Position numbers and translations under genes: made by a program
Part shown: in pieces, positions 49,953 to 60,649 of the stretch
Layout of the letters: each line of letters opens with the position of its first letter
How positions within the stretch are numbered: the first letter of the stretch is position 1
The notes under the pieces: generated by a model
Databases searched by the model: none
Seen by the model: the letters and a program-made list of their open reading frames with translations, nothing else
Told to the model about the DNA's origin: nothing
Assembly: GCA_034520565.1 (NCBI GenBank)
Contig: JAXHNL010000002.1
Location: 128,001-192,000, forward strand
DNA length: 64,000 nt
DNA from: Halodesulfurarchaeum sp.
Lineage (GTDB): Archaea > Halobacteriota > Halobacteria > Halobacteriales > Halobacteriaceae
Reading direction: 5' to 3'

Positions 49953-51998
49953 ATGGCAACAACCAGTGGCGGCGAACTGGACCCGCAAAAGTCCATCTGC
50001 CCGTTCTGTGGGGTGGGCTGTGGACTCACGTACAACGAAGACAACGGCAAAGGCACGGGCTGGGAGGCATCGGTCAATACCCGGGGCGAACTCTGTCCCA
50101 AGGGCGCAGCGGGGTTCGAGATGCTCGACGCCGACGATCGGCTCACCCAGCCGATGGTCCGGGAGAACGGCCACCTCGTCACCGCCTCGTGGGACGAGGC
50201 CTTCGACCGGATCGCCGAGAACTTCTCCGAAATCGTCGAGGAACACGGGCCGGAGGCCCTGGGCTTCTATGCCTCGTCGAACTGCACGAACGAGGAGAAC
50301 TACCTCCTCCAGAAGATCGCCCGGAAGATCGGCTCGAACAACATCGACAACTGCGCGCGTCTCTGTCACGCCTCCACGGTGGCCGCGATGGCCGACCGTC
50401 TGGGCGTCGGCGCGATGACCAACACGACCGACGACCTCGGCGAGGCTGACGTGTACCTCGCCTGTGGGGCCAACCCCGCCGAACAGCACCCGGTCATCTT
50501 CAACTCGCATCTCGGCCCGGCCATCCGGGACGGGACCGACCTGATCCACGTCGATCCCCGCGAGAACCAGACGACTCGCCAGGCCAGTCAGCACGTCCCG
50601 GTCACGCCGGGCTACGACATCCCCGTGCTGAACGCGATGGCGAAGGTCATCCTCGATGAGGGGTTGTACGACGAGGAATTCGTCGAGGAGCGCACCGAGG
50701 GCTTCGAAGCCTTCGAGGCACATCTCGCCGACGTCGACGTGAGCGAGAACGCCGAACTGGCCGGCGTCGAGGAATCGACCATCCGGGAGGCCGCCCGAAC
50801 CTTCGCCGAGGCCGAGCGGGCCGCCGCATTCACCGGCATGGGCATGAGCCAGCACAAGTACGGGACGGACAACGTCCACGCGCTGATCAACCTCGTGTTA
50901 CTCACCGGGAACATCGGCAAGCCCGGAACTGGTGTGAATCCGCTCCGTGGCCAGAACAACGTCCAGGGAGCCGGTGACATCGGTGCGAGCCCGAGCTCGC
51001 TTCCGGGTTACCAGTCCGTCGAGGATCCCGAGGTTCGGGCCGACTTCGAGGACGCCTGGGGTTTCGAGCCGCCGGCCGAACCGGGACTCACTGAGGTCGA
51101 GATGAGTCACGCGGTGGGCGAGGACGTCTTCGGTCTCTACGTCTTCGCGGAGAACCCCGCGATCACCGAACCGCACTCCGGCCGGATCGAAGCGGAACTC
51201 GAGGAGGCCTTCCTCGTCGTCCAGGACCTCTTCATGACCGAGACCGCAGAATACGCGGACGTGATCCTCCCGGGTAGCGCCTGGGCGGAGAAAACCGGGA
51301 CGGTGACGAACACCGACCGCCGGGTTCAGATGATGCGCCAGATGCGTGACCCGCCGGGAGACGCGAAGACCGATCTGGAAATCATCCAGGAGTTCGGGCG
51401 GCGGATGACCGACCTCGACGTCGAGTACGACGACGCCGAGGCCGTCTTCGAGGAACTCACCGACGTCAGTCCGATCTACGCGGGCATGTCCTATGACGGC
51501 ATCGGGGAGAGCTACCAGCGCTGGCCCTTCTACGAGGGTGCGGAAGCGGGTGTGGACGTCCTCCACGAGGACACGTTCTACAGCGGCTCGAAAACCGCCG
51601 AATTCGCCGCCGTGGGCCACATCCCGCCGGGCGACGAGGTCGAGGAAGGCGAGCTCGTCCTCACGACCGGGCGTGTGCTCCAGCACTTCAACAGCGGGGC
51701 CATGTCCCGCCGGACCGAGACGCTCATGCGCATGCGCGGGGAGGACACCCTCGAGATGCACCCGACCGACGCCGAGGAGCGGGGCATCGAGGACGGCGAC
51801 TGGGTCGTCGTCGAGAACGAGCGTGGCGAGGTCGAAGTCGAGGTCGCCGTGACCCCGGCGATCACCGAGGGAACAGTCTTCATGACGTTCCACTACGCCG
51901 ACCCGCTCGTGAACACGCTCACCGGCGATTACCTCGACCCGGTGGCGAAGATCCCCGAGTTCAAGCACAGCGCTGTCTCAGTCTCGTCCGCCGAGTAG
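49953..51998 (+). CDS. fdhF: Formate dehydrogenase alpha subunit (FdhF-like, Cys, no Tat signal), copy 1
   Basis: CPFCGVGC...LCPKG, NEENY..QK, DNCARLCHAS, PLRGQNNVQG, TNTDRRVQ, KIPEFK. Confidence 0.9.
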   Translation: MATTSGGELDPQKSICPFCGVGCGLTYNEDNGKGTGWEASVNTRGELCPKGAAGFEMLDADDRLTQPMVRENGHLVTASWDEAFDRIAENFSEIVEEHGPEALGFYASSNCTNEENYLLQKIARKIGSNNIDNCARLCHASTVAAMADRLGVGAMTNTTDDLGEADVYLACGANPAEQHPVIFNSHLGPAIRDGTDLIHVDPRENQTTRQASQHVPVTPGYDIPVLNAMAKVILDEGLYDEEFVEERTEGFEAFEAHLADVDVSENAELAGVEESTIREAARTFAEAERAAAFTGMGMSQHKYGTDNVHALINLVLLTGNIGKPGTGVNPLRGQNNVQGAGDIGASPSSLPGYQSVEDPEVRADFEDAWGFEPPAEPGLTEVEMSHAVGEDVFGLYVFAENPAITEPHSGRIEAELEEAFLVVQDLFMTETAEYADVILPGSAWAEKTGTVTNTDRRVQMMRQMRDPPGDAKTDLEIIQEFGRRMTDLDVEYDDAEAVFEELTDVSPIYAGMSYDGIGESYQRWPFYEGAEAGVDVLHEDTFYSGSKTAEFAAVGHIPPGDEVEEGELVLTTGRVLQHFNSGAMSRRTETLMRMRGEDTLEMHPTDAEERGIEDGDWVVVENERGEVEVEVAVTPAITEGTVFMTFHYADPLVNTLTGDYLDPVAKIPEFKHSAVSVSSAE

Positions 51999-52045
51999 GC
52001 AAGTAATACGCGCCTTTTTGTCACCCGCGGCAGAACCGGGTTTCG

Positions 52046-52450
52046 ATGGCGAAGGACTACCAGATACTCGAGCCCGATTCGATTCCGGAGACGCCGTTTC
52101 CCGAATCCGGAGTGACCCATCGCAAACTCACTGGCGAACTGCGTGCCCAGGAGATGCGGGTCAACCAGGTCACCGTCGACCCGGGCGAGGTCGTCGGCTA
52201 TCACAGCCACAAGCGACAGGAGGAGATCTACGTCTGTCACAAGGGGCCCGGAGAGGTGTACGTCGACGGCGAGCACCTCGAGGTTCCCGAGGGAGGGATC
52301 GTACGGATCGGCGTTGATGTTCCACGACAGGTGCTGAACACCGGCGATTTCCCCACCGTGTGGATCATGTTCGGAGCCCCGCCGATCGGAACCCGCGAGG
52401 ACTACGGCGAATACGAGGTAAGCGATGGGGGTTACGGCGAGGAACCGTAA
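52046..52450 (+). CDS. Cupin-domain protein
   Basis: YHSHKRQEEIY...G...VDGE...EGGIVRI. Confidence 0.8.
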   Translation: MAKDYQILEPDSIPETPFPESGVTHRKLTGELRAQEMRVNQVTVDPGEVVGYHSHKRQEEIYVCHKGPGEVYVDGEHLEVPEGGIVRIGVDVPRQVLNTGDFPTVWIMFGAPPIGTREDYGEYEVSDGGYGEEP

Positions 52451-52553
52451 CCGAAGCGGCTGGACGATCTGGGATCGGTTGTCGGTACCGGCGAAAGCCG
52501 GGCGACATCAGGTATACTTAACTGGCGAACCGTCGATAGTCCGTTTGTACGCT

Positions 52554-54017
52554 ATGAGTCTCGAATTCGATCTCGAAACACAGCAGACGCCGTATATCGA
52601 CCGCCTCGACGAGGAGGCGCGTGACGCCATCCACGAGGCCTCGATGTACATCATCGAAGAGCTGGGCATTCAGGTCAAACACGACGAAGCGGTCGAGTAC
52701 TTCGAGGAGGCCGGTGCGACAGTCGAAGACGAGTATCTCGTGAAGGCCGACCGCTCGTTGATCGAGGAGAACGTGGAGAAGGCCCCGGAGTCGTTTACCC
52801 TCCACGCCCGTAACCCCGAGAACAACCTCGAAATCGGCGGCGAGGACACCTTCCGCGCGCCGGGATACGGTGCCCCGAACATCCGGACCTTCGAGGACGG
52901 CCGGCGAAGCTCGACGGTCGCGGACTACGAGCTGTTCATGAAGCTGGCCCAGCAGGAAGACGTCATCAACTCGACCGGCTACAACGTGGCCGAGCCGACC
53001 GACGTCGACCAGGAGGTCAAACACCTCGAGATGGTCAAGCGGTCCCTCGAGTTCACCGACATGCCGGTCATGGTCTCGACCTACGGCCAGAACAGGACGG
53101 ATGCCAACCTCGAGATGGTGGGGATGGTCGTCGAGGATCCGGACCTCTCGAAGACGTATGCCGCCGGGTTGGTCAATACCGTCCCACCGCGGACCCTGGA
53201 CAGCGCGATGACCGGCGGGCTCGTCGGCCTCGCAAAGCAGGGCCAGGCGCCAGTCGTCTCCTCGTTCATCCAGGCCGGGGCATCCGGCCCGGGCACGATG
53301 GCCGGCGCGGTCGCGCTCGCGAACGCCGAAAACCTGATGGGTATCACTCTCGCACAGTTGATCAATCCCGGAAACCCCGTCGTCTACGGGGTGCCAGCCT
53401 CGAACCTCGACATGCGCTACGGTTCGCTCTCCATCGGCAGCGCCGAGTCCGCCCTCTTTGCGAACTTCGCCGGGACGATGGGTCGATACTACGGCGTCCC
53501 CGCGCGTGGCGGCGGCGGCCTGACCGACTCGAAGACGGTCGACTACCAGGCCGGGTTCGAGTCGATGCTGGTCAACATGGTCGCGGAGTTCTCCGGCGTC
53601 GACTTCATTCTGCACTCGGCCGGCATTATCGAATCCTACTCCACGATCTCTCCCGAGAAGTTCGTCCTCGACGCGGAAGCCATGCGCTTCCTCGACCGAT
53701 TCCAGGATGGCTACGTGATCAACGAGGAAATGCTCGCACTGGACATCGTCGAGAAGATCGACCCCGACGATCACTTCCTCGGCGAGTCCCACACCCTGAA
53801 GTTCGCTGGCAAGGACTTCCTCATCCCGGAACTCGTCGACAAGCGCTCCCACGGAGACTGGAAGGACGACGGCGAAAAGACCGCCTTCGAGATGGGCCAC
53901 GACAAGGTCCAGGAACACCTCGAGGCCTACAGCAAACCGGAACTCGACGAAGACATCCAGGCCGAACTCGACGCCTACGTCGAGGAGGAGGCCGCCCGAA
54001 TCATGGACGAGGCCTGA
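52554..54017 (+). CDS. mtgB: Non-pyrrolysine MttB-family methyltransferase, MtgB (glycine betaine:corrinoid MT)-like
   Basis: APESFTLHARNP, APGYGAP, NLDMRYG..SIGS.E, PARGGGGLTDSKTVDYQAGFES (Leu at the Pyl-equivalent site), LHSAGIIESY...EKFVLD. Confidence 0.75.
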   Translation: MSLEFDLETQQTPYIDRLDEEARDAIHEASMYIIEELGIQVKHDEAVEYFEEAGATVEDEYLVKADRSLIEENVEKAPESFTLHARNPENNLEIGGEDTFRAPGYGAPNIRTFEDGRRSSTVADYELFMKLAQQEDVINSTGYNVAEPTDVDQEVKHLEMVKRSLEFTDMPVMVSTYGQNRTDANLEMVGMVVEDPDLSKTYAAGLVNTVPPRTLDSAMTGGLVGLAKQGQAPVVSSFIQAGASGPGTMAGAVALANAENLMGITLAQLINPGNPVVYGVPASNLDMRYGSLSIGSAESALFANFAGTMGRYYGVPARGGGGLTDSKTVDYQAGFESMLVNMVAEFSGVDFILHSAGIIESYSTISPEKFVLDAEAMRFLDRFQDGYVINEEMLALDIVEKIDPDDHFLGESHTLKFAGKDFLIPELVDKRSHGDWKDDGEKTAFEMGHDKVQEHLEAYSKPELDEDIQAELDAYVEEEAARIMDEA

Positions 54018-54411
54018 TCGGCACCGATCGGGAGATCACCTGTTCTTCGCGGTCTCGTCTCTATCGAAACGCCGAATGCAGCCATGGCTGAGTCCGACAA
54101 GACCGACCGGACGGGACAACCACAAATCCGCCCAATATATCAAGAATACTACTATCGGATAAAGGCCCGACCAGACGGGTCGGAAAACCGCTTTACGTCG
54201 GGACGGCGCTTCCGTCGAAAAATCCGCTCGTGAAGGAAACGGCCATTTCAGCCCGTGCTATGTTGTTACAAACCATATTCGAATCTCCGCACGGCTGGAC
54301 GGTGGTAATCGAACACGGCATCACAGCCGCCGAAACCTGGACGAACGGCCGTCGTCCTATCAAGCAAGATGAGTAGATTAATGTGGGGATGCGGCGAACT
54401 AACGTAGTGAT

Positions 54412-56115
54412 ATGTCCTCGGAACCAGAGACTGACTACGAGATCGCACAATCCGTAGACGAGAAACCGATTTGGGAGGTCACCGAACCCTTCGGGCTCGA
54501 CAAAGACGACCTCGAACTGTACGGTGACTACAAAGCCAAGATCAGCGAGGAGGCCATCGACGACCTCCTCGAGGGGGACAAGGAGGACGGTGACGTCATC
54601 CTCGTCACCGGCATGACGCCCACACCGATGGGCGAAGGGAAGACGGTGACCTCCGTCGGCCTGGGCCAGGCACTGAACCACATCGGCGAGGAGGCGATGA
54701 TCGCAATCCGCGAACCCTCGCTGGGCCCGGTCTTCGGAATCAAGGGCGGCGCGGCCGGCGGCGGCTGGTCGCAGGTCCTGCCAATGGAGGACATCAACCT
54801 CCACTTCACGGGCGACATTCACGCCCTGACGGCCGCTCACAACCTGATCTCGGCGATGCTCGACGCCCACATCTCGAAGGGCAACGAGCTCAACATCGAA
54901 ACGACGAGCGTCGCGTGGCCGCGCGCGGTCGACCACAACGACCGGGCCCTCCGCCAGACGATCGTCGGCGCCGGCGAATCCGCCGGTGTCACCCGGATGG
55001 ACGAGCACGTCCTCACCGCGGCCTCGGAACTGATGGCCATCCTCTGTCTCGCGGAGGACGTCGAGGACCTCAAAGAGCGCATCAGCCGCATCATCGTCGC
55101 CTACGACGAGGACGGCGACCCTGTCACGGCCGGGGACATCGAAGCCGCCGGCGCTTCGGCCATCCTGCTGCGGGACGCCCTCCGACCGAACGTCGTCCAG
55201 ACGATCGAGGGGACCCCCGCCCTGGTCCACGGCGGCCCGTTCGCGAACATCGCCCACGGAACGAACTCGCTGATCGCGGACTACGTCGGCAAGAAGATGG
55301 GCGATTACCTCGTCACCGAGGCCGGCTTCGGCTCCGCCCTCGGCGGGGAGAAGTTCCTCAACGTCGTGAGCCAGCTCGGCGACATCGAGCCAAGCACCAT
55401 CGTGCTGGTCGGCTCGGTCCGCGCCCTGAAGTACCACGGTCAGGACATGTGGCCCTTCGAGGGCCAGGAGGCCCTCCAGGAGGAGGACGTGGAAGCCGTC
55501 AAGGCCGGCTTCGAGAACCTCGACAAGCACGTCGAGAACCTCACGCAGTTCGGCCTGCCGGTCACCATCGCGATCAACCGCTTCCCCACGGACACGGACG
55601 CGGAGATCGACGCAGTTCGGGAGCACTACGAGGACGTGGACGACGTTCGCGTGGCCGAGTCCAACGTGTTCGGCGACGGTGGCGCGGGCGGCGTCGAACT
55701 GGCCGAGAAGGTCGTCGAGTCGATCGAGGAGTCCGAGGGCGAATTCCAGCCGCTCTACGACCTCGAGGACTCCCTGAAGGAGAAGATGGAGGCCGTTGCG
55801 ACCAAGATCTACGGTGCTGACGGCGTCAACTACGTCGGGAGCGCCGAGGAGGACATCGCCCAGCTCGAGGAGATGGGCCTGGATAACGTTCCGGTCGTCA
55901 TGTCCAAGACCTTCCACTCGCTCAGCGACGACCCGTCAAAGAAGGGCGCCCCCGAGGGCTGGACCCTCGACGTCCGCGAACTCTACCCCTCTGCAGGTGC
56001 CGGATTCGTCGTCGCACTCACCGGTGACGTCATGACCATGCCCGGCCTGCCTGCCCGGCCGGCCGCCGCCGACATGGACATCGAGCCCGACGGCACCATC
56101 TCCGGCCTGTTCTAG
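54412..56115 (+). CDS. fhs: Formate--tetrahydrofolate ligase
   Basis: TPTPMGEGKT, REPSLGPVFGIKGGAAGGG, NLHFTGD, HGGPFANIAHG, TEAGFG, MTMPGLP. Confidence 0.97.
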   Translation: MSSEPETDYEIAQSVDEKPIWEVTEPFGLDKDDLELYGDYKAKISEEAIDDLLEGDKEDGDVILVTGMTPTPMGEGKTVTSVGLGQALNHIGEEAMIAIREPSLGPVFGIKGGAAGGGWSQVLPMEDINLHFTGDIHALTAAHNLISAMLDAHISKGNELNIETTSVAWPRAVDHNDRALRQTIVGAGESAGVTRMDEHVLTAASELMAILCLAEDVEDLKERISRIIVAYDEDGDPVTAGDIEAAGASAILLRDALRPNVVQTIEGTPALVHGGPFANIAHGTNSLIADYVGKKMGDYLVTEAGFGSALGGEKFLNVVSQLGDIEPSTIVLVGSVRALKYHGQDMWPFEGQEALQEEDVEAVKAGFENLDKHVENLTQFGLPVTIAINRFPTDTDAEIDAVREHYEDVDDVRVAESNVFGDGGAGGVELAEKVVESIEESEGEFQPLYDLEDSLKEKMEAVATKIYGADGVNYVGSAEEDIAQLEEMGLDNVPVVMSKTFHSLSDDPSKKGAPEGWTLDVRELYPSAGAGFVVALTGDVMTMPGLPARPAAADMDIEPDGTISGLF

Positions 56116-56293
56116 GCCGCGTCGATATTGCTGCGGGTTTTCTCGTTTGCTGGTTTCGAGAGCCGGTTTTTCCAATTTCGTGCGGCCTGACCAAGCCCGC
56201 AGCCAGAGCCGGCGACAACCCCCCGCTGCCGAAGCTTATTAATCGTCTGACTCCAACTTCCGCCGAACCCGGGTCTCCGGGATTACACGTACC

Positions 56294-58366
56294 ATGAGCA
56301 CTGAGGACGATTCGGTCAAGACGATCTGTCCGTATTGTGGAGTCGGCTGTGGGCTCAAAATCGAACCGGGCGAGGAGCCCGGGTCGGTGAACTTCAAACC
56401 GTGGTTCGACGCGCCGGTCAACGAAGGCGCACTCTGTGTCAAGGGGAGTGCCGCCGTCCAGCACGTCGACCACGAGGACCGGCTTACAGAGCCACTCATC
56501 AAAGAGGACGGGGAGTTCCGCGAGGCGACGTGGGATGAGGCCATCGCTCGCGTCGTCGAGGAACTCGAATCCGTCCGCGAGGAATACGGCCCGACGGCGG
56601 CCGGCTTTTTCGCCTCCTCGCAGGTGATGAACGAGGAGAACTACCTGATGCAGAAGCTGGCCCGGCGATACGGATCGAACAATATCGACAACTGCACCCG
56701 ACTCTGTCACGCCTCCACCGTCGCCGCATTGCGGGACAGTCTCGGCACGGGCGCGATGACCAACAGCATGGCCGACCTAAAAGAATCCAGTGACGTCTAC
56801 TGGATCCAGGGGGCAAACCCGGCCGAGCAGCACGTCATCGGCCACTCGAAGTACTTCAAACAGGCCGCAAACGAGGGAACGACGGTCATCCAGGTGGACC
56901 CACACGAGAACAAGACCACGAAGTCCGCGGACGTCCACTTGCAGGTCAAGCCGGGAACGGACATCCCACTCTTGAACATCGTCCTGAAGACGATCCTCGA
57001 GGAGCAGCTGTACGACGAGGAGTTCATCGCGGAGCGAACGAAGGGCTTCGAGACCCTGGAAACCGAACTCGCGGACTTCGACGTCGAGGCGGCCGCCGAA
57101 ACCGCCGGCGTCGACGCCGAGGCGATCAAGGAAGCCGCCCGAACCTTTGCCGAAGCCGAGAACGGCGCCATCTTCACCGGGATGGGAATGAGCCAGAAGA
57201 CCTGTGGCACCGACAACGTCCAGAACCTCATCAACCTGGCCCTGATCACGGGCAATCTCGGCAAGCCGGGGACCGGAATCAACCCGCTTCGCGGGCAGAA
57301 CAACGTCCAGGGGACCAGCGACGTCGGGGCGCTTCCCAACGTCATGCCGGGGTATCGCGAGGTCGAGGATCCGGACGACAGAGCCGCCGTGGCCGACGTC
57401 TGGGGCTTCGAACCGCCAGCGAAAAACGGCCTGACCAGTCTCGAGGTGACAGAGGCGGCCGGCGAGGAGATCCAGGCCCTCTATGTCATGGGCGAAAATC
57501 CCGTCCTGAGCGATCCGAACTCGAATCACGTCGTCGAAAACCTCCAGGAACTGGAGTTCATGGTCACCCAGGACATCTTCATGACCGAGACCGCGAAGCT
57601 CGCGGATGTCGTCCTGCCGGCCACCTCGTGGGTCGAGCGCGGCGGGACGGTGACGAACACCGACCGCCGGGTCCAGCGCATGCGGGGGGCAGTCGACGTG
57701 CCAGGCAACACACGCCACGACTTCGACATCCTGAGCGAGATTGGCACCCGGATGTTCGGCGAGGGCTTCGACTTCGACGGTCCGGAGGCGGTCTTCGAGG
57801 AACTCCGCGAAGTCGCCCCCATCTACGCCGGCCTCACCTACGACCGGATCGGCGAAACGGGCATGCAGTGGCCGGTTGAAAGCGAGGAGGACGACGGGAC
57901 CCAGTACCTCCACAAAGAGGAGTTCCCCACGGAAGACGGCCTCGGGAAGATCCGGGGGGTTAGCCACCAGCCACCGGCCGAAGTCGAGGACGAGCAGTAC
58001 CCGCTGGTGCTCACGACCGGCCGCATCGAGGAACACTACAACACCGGCGAGATGAGCCGGCGCTCGGAGAACCTCATGCGGCAGACCGAGCACAACTTCA
58101 TCGACATTCACCCCGAAGACGCCGAAGCGCGGGGCATCGAGGACGGCGATATGGTCCAGTTGACGACCCGCCGTGGCGAAATCGACGTGGCCGCGAACGT
58201 AACCGAGGCCACCAAACGGGGAGTCGTCTGGACGACCCCACACTTCGAGGACTCGCCGACGAACCAGGTGACAAACGATGCGGTGGATCCGGTCGCAAAG
58301 ATCCCCGAGTTCAAGGTCGCGGCCGCGACGATCTCCGTCGACGTCGCAAATTCCGGTGCGGACTGA
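56294..58366 (+). CDS. fdhF: Formate dehydrogenase alpha subunit (FdhF-like, Cys, no Tat signal), copy 2
   Basis: CPYCGVGC...LCVKG, DNCTRLCHAS, PLRGQNNVQG, TNTDRRVQ. Confidence 0.9.
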   Translation: MSTEDDSVKTICPYCGVGCGLKIEPGEEPGSVNFKPWFDAPVNEGALCVKGSAAVQHVDHEDRLTEPLIKEDGEFREATWDEAIARVVEELESVREEYGPTAAGFFASSQVMNEENYLMQKLARRYGSNNIDNCTRLCHASTVAALRDSLGTGAMTNSMADLKESSDVYWIQGANPAEQHVIGHSKYFKQAANEGTTVIQVDPHENKTTKSADVHLQVKPGTDIPLLNIVLKTILEEQLYDEEFIAERTKGFETLETELADFDVEAAAETAGVDAEAIKEAARTFAEAENGAIFTGMGMSQKTCGTDNVQNLINLALITGNLGKPGTGINPLRGQNNVQGTSDVGALPNVMPGYREVEDPDDRAAVADVWGFEPPAKNGLTSLEVTEAAGEEIQALYVMGENPVLSDPNSNHVVENLQELEFMVTQDIFMTETAKLADVVLPATSWVERGGTVTNTDRRVQRMRGAVDVPGNTRHDFDILSEIGTRMFGEGFDFDGPEAVFEELREVAPIYAGLTYDRIGETGMQWPVESEEDDGTQYLHKEEFPTEDGLGKIRGVSHQPPAEVEDEQYPLVLTTGRIEEHYNTGEMSRRSENLMRQTEHNFIDIHPEDAEARGIEDGDMVQLTTRRGEIDVAANVTEATKRGVVWTTPHFEDSPTNQVTNDAVDPVAKIPEFKVAAATISVDVANSGAD

Positions 58367-58405
58367 GCCCAAAGGGTTAGTATACCCCTCTTCCAATCGG
58401 GAGAC

Positions 58406-58747
58406 ATGAGTGAGGTTCCGGACGCCATCGACAACGTCGACAACCGGTTTTTCAAACGGGGGATGGTGGTGGCCATCCTGTACGCGATCGTCGACGTCCT
58501 CATCCTGACCGTCGGTGGCCCGTTCGTGTTTTTCCGCCTGATCGGCGTGGTCGCCGCGTACTATGCGACTCGCGACATCATCGTGCTCAGGGAAGCCGGA
58601 CTGGAGTGGGGAAAGACGCGGTATGCGATCCTCGTGTTCGTGGGCATCGGGGGCTTTCTCGGCTATTTCTACTACGCATGGCGGCGAACGGTCCACCTCA
58701 GGGGAATCGAAATCGAGCCCGAAGCGGAATCGACCGAGGAGAAATAA
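58406..58747 (+). CDS. Small membrane protein
   Basis: Three hydrophobic segments, acidic tail. Confidence 0.6.
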   Translation: MSEVPDAIDNVDNRFFKRGMVVAILYAIVDVLILTVGGPFVFFRLIGVVAAYYATRDIIVLREAGLEWGKTRYAILVFVGIGGFLGYFYYAWRRTVHLRGIEIEPEAESTEEK

Positions 58748-58748
58748 C

Positions 58749-59477
58749 TCAGTCCCGAATTTCGACCAGCGGCTCCGCCGAATCGATGAGCCGCGCCAGG
58801 GCGACTCGCTCGGCGCGACTCCACTCGAGCACCCGGTCGGCGATCCCTCGGGCCGTCGCCAGATCGTCCTCGTCGTCGACCTTGTTGAGCACCGGCACGT
58901 ACTCGGCCGAACCGGGAACGTGCTTCTCGGTTCCCTCGGGGCTGGAAAGCACGGTCGCCACGTCCTCGACCCCGATCGTCTCCCCACGCTCGAGGCCGGT
59001 CAGGGCCGTGACTCGCTCCGGGCGGTGGACGAACTCCTCGGTCAGCGGCTTTCCCACGACGTGGGTGCTGACCAGTCCCAACACGCGATCCGCCCCCGGG
59101 GGAATTCGGGGCTCGTCCTCGCCCGGCGCTTTGAACTCGCGGTTTCGGGCCCCGTCAGCTTTGACCAGGACGGCGTCCGGAACCGGACTCGCAGCGATTT
59201 CCTCGATGGCTTCCAGGTCGTACCCGAGATACCGGGCCTCCTCGAACCCGGGAACCAGTCCGACGGGCCACTCCTCGACGAACGGCAGGACCGAGACCGG
59301 ATCTGCGGTCTCGTGCAGTTCGGCGACGTGTTCGTCAAATCGCGGAATGCGGACGGCCGTCGTGACCACGGCGCGATCGAGTTCGTTCCCGACGGTGTAC
59401 AGCGTGCTCTTCTTGCCGCCGGCACCGACCACGGCGGTCAGCCCCGAATCGAGGCCGAGTTCCGTGACGTACTCCAT
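58749..59477 (-). CDS. yqeC: YqeC-like selenium-cofactor/molybdenum hydroxylase accessory protein
   Basis: VVGAGGKKSTL, VTTAV, VKADGAR.R.FKAP...EP.IP, VHRPE, VLNKVD. Confidence 0.8.
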   Translation of the reverse strand: MEYVTELGLDSGLTAVVGAGGKKSTLYTVGNELDRAVVTTAVRIPRFDEHVAELHETADPVSVLPFVEEWPVGLVPGFEEARYLGYDLEAIEEIAASPVPDAVLVKADGARNREFKAPGEDEPRIPPGADRVLGLVSTHVVGKPLTEEFVHRPERVTALTGLERGETIGVEDVATVLSSPEGTEKHVPGSAEYVPVLNKVDDEDDLATARGIADRVLEWSRAERVALARLIDSAEPLVEIRD

Positions 59478-59533
59478 GGGCCTGCTATCGCGGGCTGGCC
59501 AATAAGCCCCCCGACAGCCGCGACCCGAACTGA

Positions 59534-60490
59534 TTATTCGCTCTCGACGGCGATGAGACTGCCGACCGATTCCCCCTCCATCACCGTCGACCCGCGCTTG
59601 AGCGAGAGTAACATCCCGTCCCGGCCCGCGGTGACGGTCTGTAAGCGCTCGTAACTGGTCGGGTCGAAGACCTCGCCGATCTCGGTCCCCGCCTCGAGGT
59701 GATCGCCCACGGAGACGGCGTTCGAGCGGAAGAGCCCCGACTCCTCGGCGAAGATGGCGGTCTTGTCCCGCCCCACCGTCGGGTTCGTTTGCTCGACCGG
59801 CAGGTCCAGGACGTCGAGTTCGGCGAGGACGTTCTCGATCCCGGCGACGCCGGTCTCGACGGCGGACTCGACGATCTCCCGGCTGTGAGCGAGTTCCGGC
59901 GTGATGGCCGGAATCCCCGCCGCCGCGGCAACCTCCCGAAGCTTGCCCTGCTCGCCGGTTTCGGAATCGACACCCGAGCCCTCCGCGACGAGCAGGTCGA
60001 CGCCGAAGGCGTCGGCCAGTTCGCGCGAGCGGGTATCCTCCGGGGTGAATCGGGTGTGCGAACACATGTAGGGGCCGCCCGTGTGAAGATCGACGATGGC
60101 GTCGGCCCCCATCGCCCGGTCCCAGAGACTGTCGACGAGCCGTTCCATGAGCGTTCCATCAGGATCGCCCGGCCAGAGCCGGTTCATGTTCGAGTTGATC
60201 GCGTCCAGCCGCGTCGGGGCCATGTAGACCCGATGATCGAAGGCAAAGGGATTCGCGACCGGGACCGCGAGCACCTCCCCGGCAAGCGGGCGACCCGCGA
60301 GCCGGTCGTGAAGCCGCCTGAGCACGGCCGCCCCGTTCACTTCGCCCCCGTGCTGGAGCGCTTGGAGGTAGACAGTGGGACCCGGTTCCACACCCCGGTA
60401 CCGGTGGAGGAGCGTCTCGACCGTGCGCCCGGAGGGCAGTCGGGCAAGCGGCACCGATTCGACGGTGTGCGTGCGAGTCCGGTCGGGCAT
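59534..60490 (-). CDS. Succinylglutamate desuccinylase/aspartoacylase (M14) family protein
   Basis: QHGGEVNG, VPVANP, NMNRLWPG, IVDLHTG, ITPEL, biotinyl-like tail. Confidence 0.85.
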   Translation of the reverse strand: MPDRTRTHTVESVPLARLPSGRTVETLLHRYRGVEPGPTVYLQALQHGGEVNGAAVLRRLHDRLAGRPLAGEVLAVPVANPFAFDHRVYMAPTRLDAINSNMNRLWPGDPDGTLMERLVDSLWDRAMGADAIVDLHTGGPYMCSHTRFTPEDTRSRELADAFGVDLLVAEGSGVDSETGEQGKLREVAAAAGIPAITPELAHSREIVESAVETGVAGIENVLAELDVLDLPVEQTNPTVGRDKTAIFAEESGLFRSNAVSVGDHLEAGTEIGEVFDPTSYERLQTVTAGRDGMLLSLKRGSTVMEGESVGSLIAVESE

Positions 60491-60649
60491 GGCCAAGAGT
60501 CGACTGCCAACCGCCTTGAACGTTCATATCCGACAGTTCGATCGCCCAGTGGGCCATCGAGCCGAATCCCGCAGTCACGAACTGATACGGGCCAAAACGA
60601 CTTCGTTCAATTACCTTTTGTATCGTCATCGTGTACCACGGGCATACAC

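Noticed and set aside
52554-58366. Pyrrolysine or selenocysteine recoding in MttB and FDH genes
   Set aside because: Open frames have Leu (Ala in the 1..1074 copy) and Cys at the relevant positions; no in-frame TAG/TGA
54193-58987. Long antisense ORFs (e.g. 54193..55917, 56777..58987; also 40566..42584, 3142..4557)
   Set aside because: Shadow ORFs opposite well-supported genes, expected from high-GC codon bias
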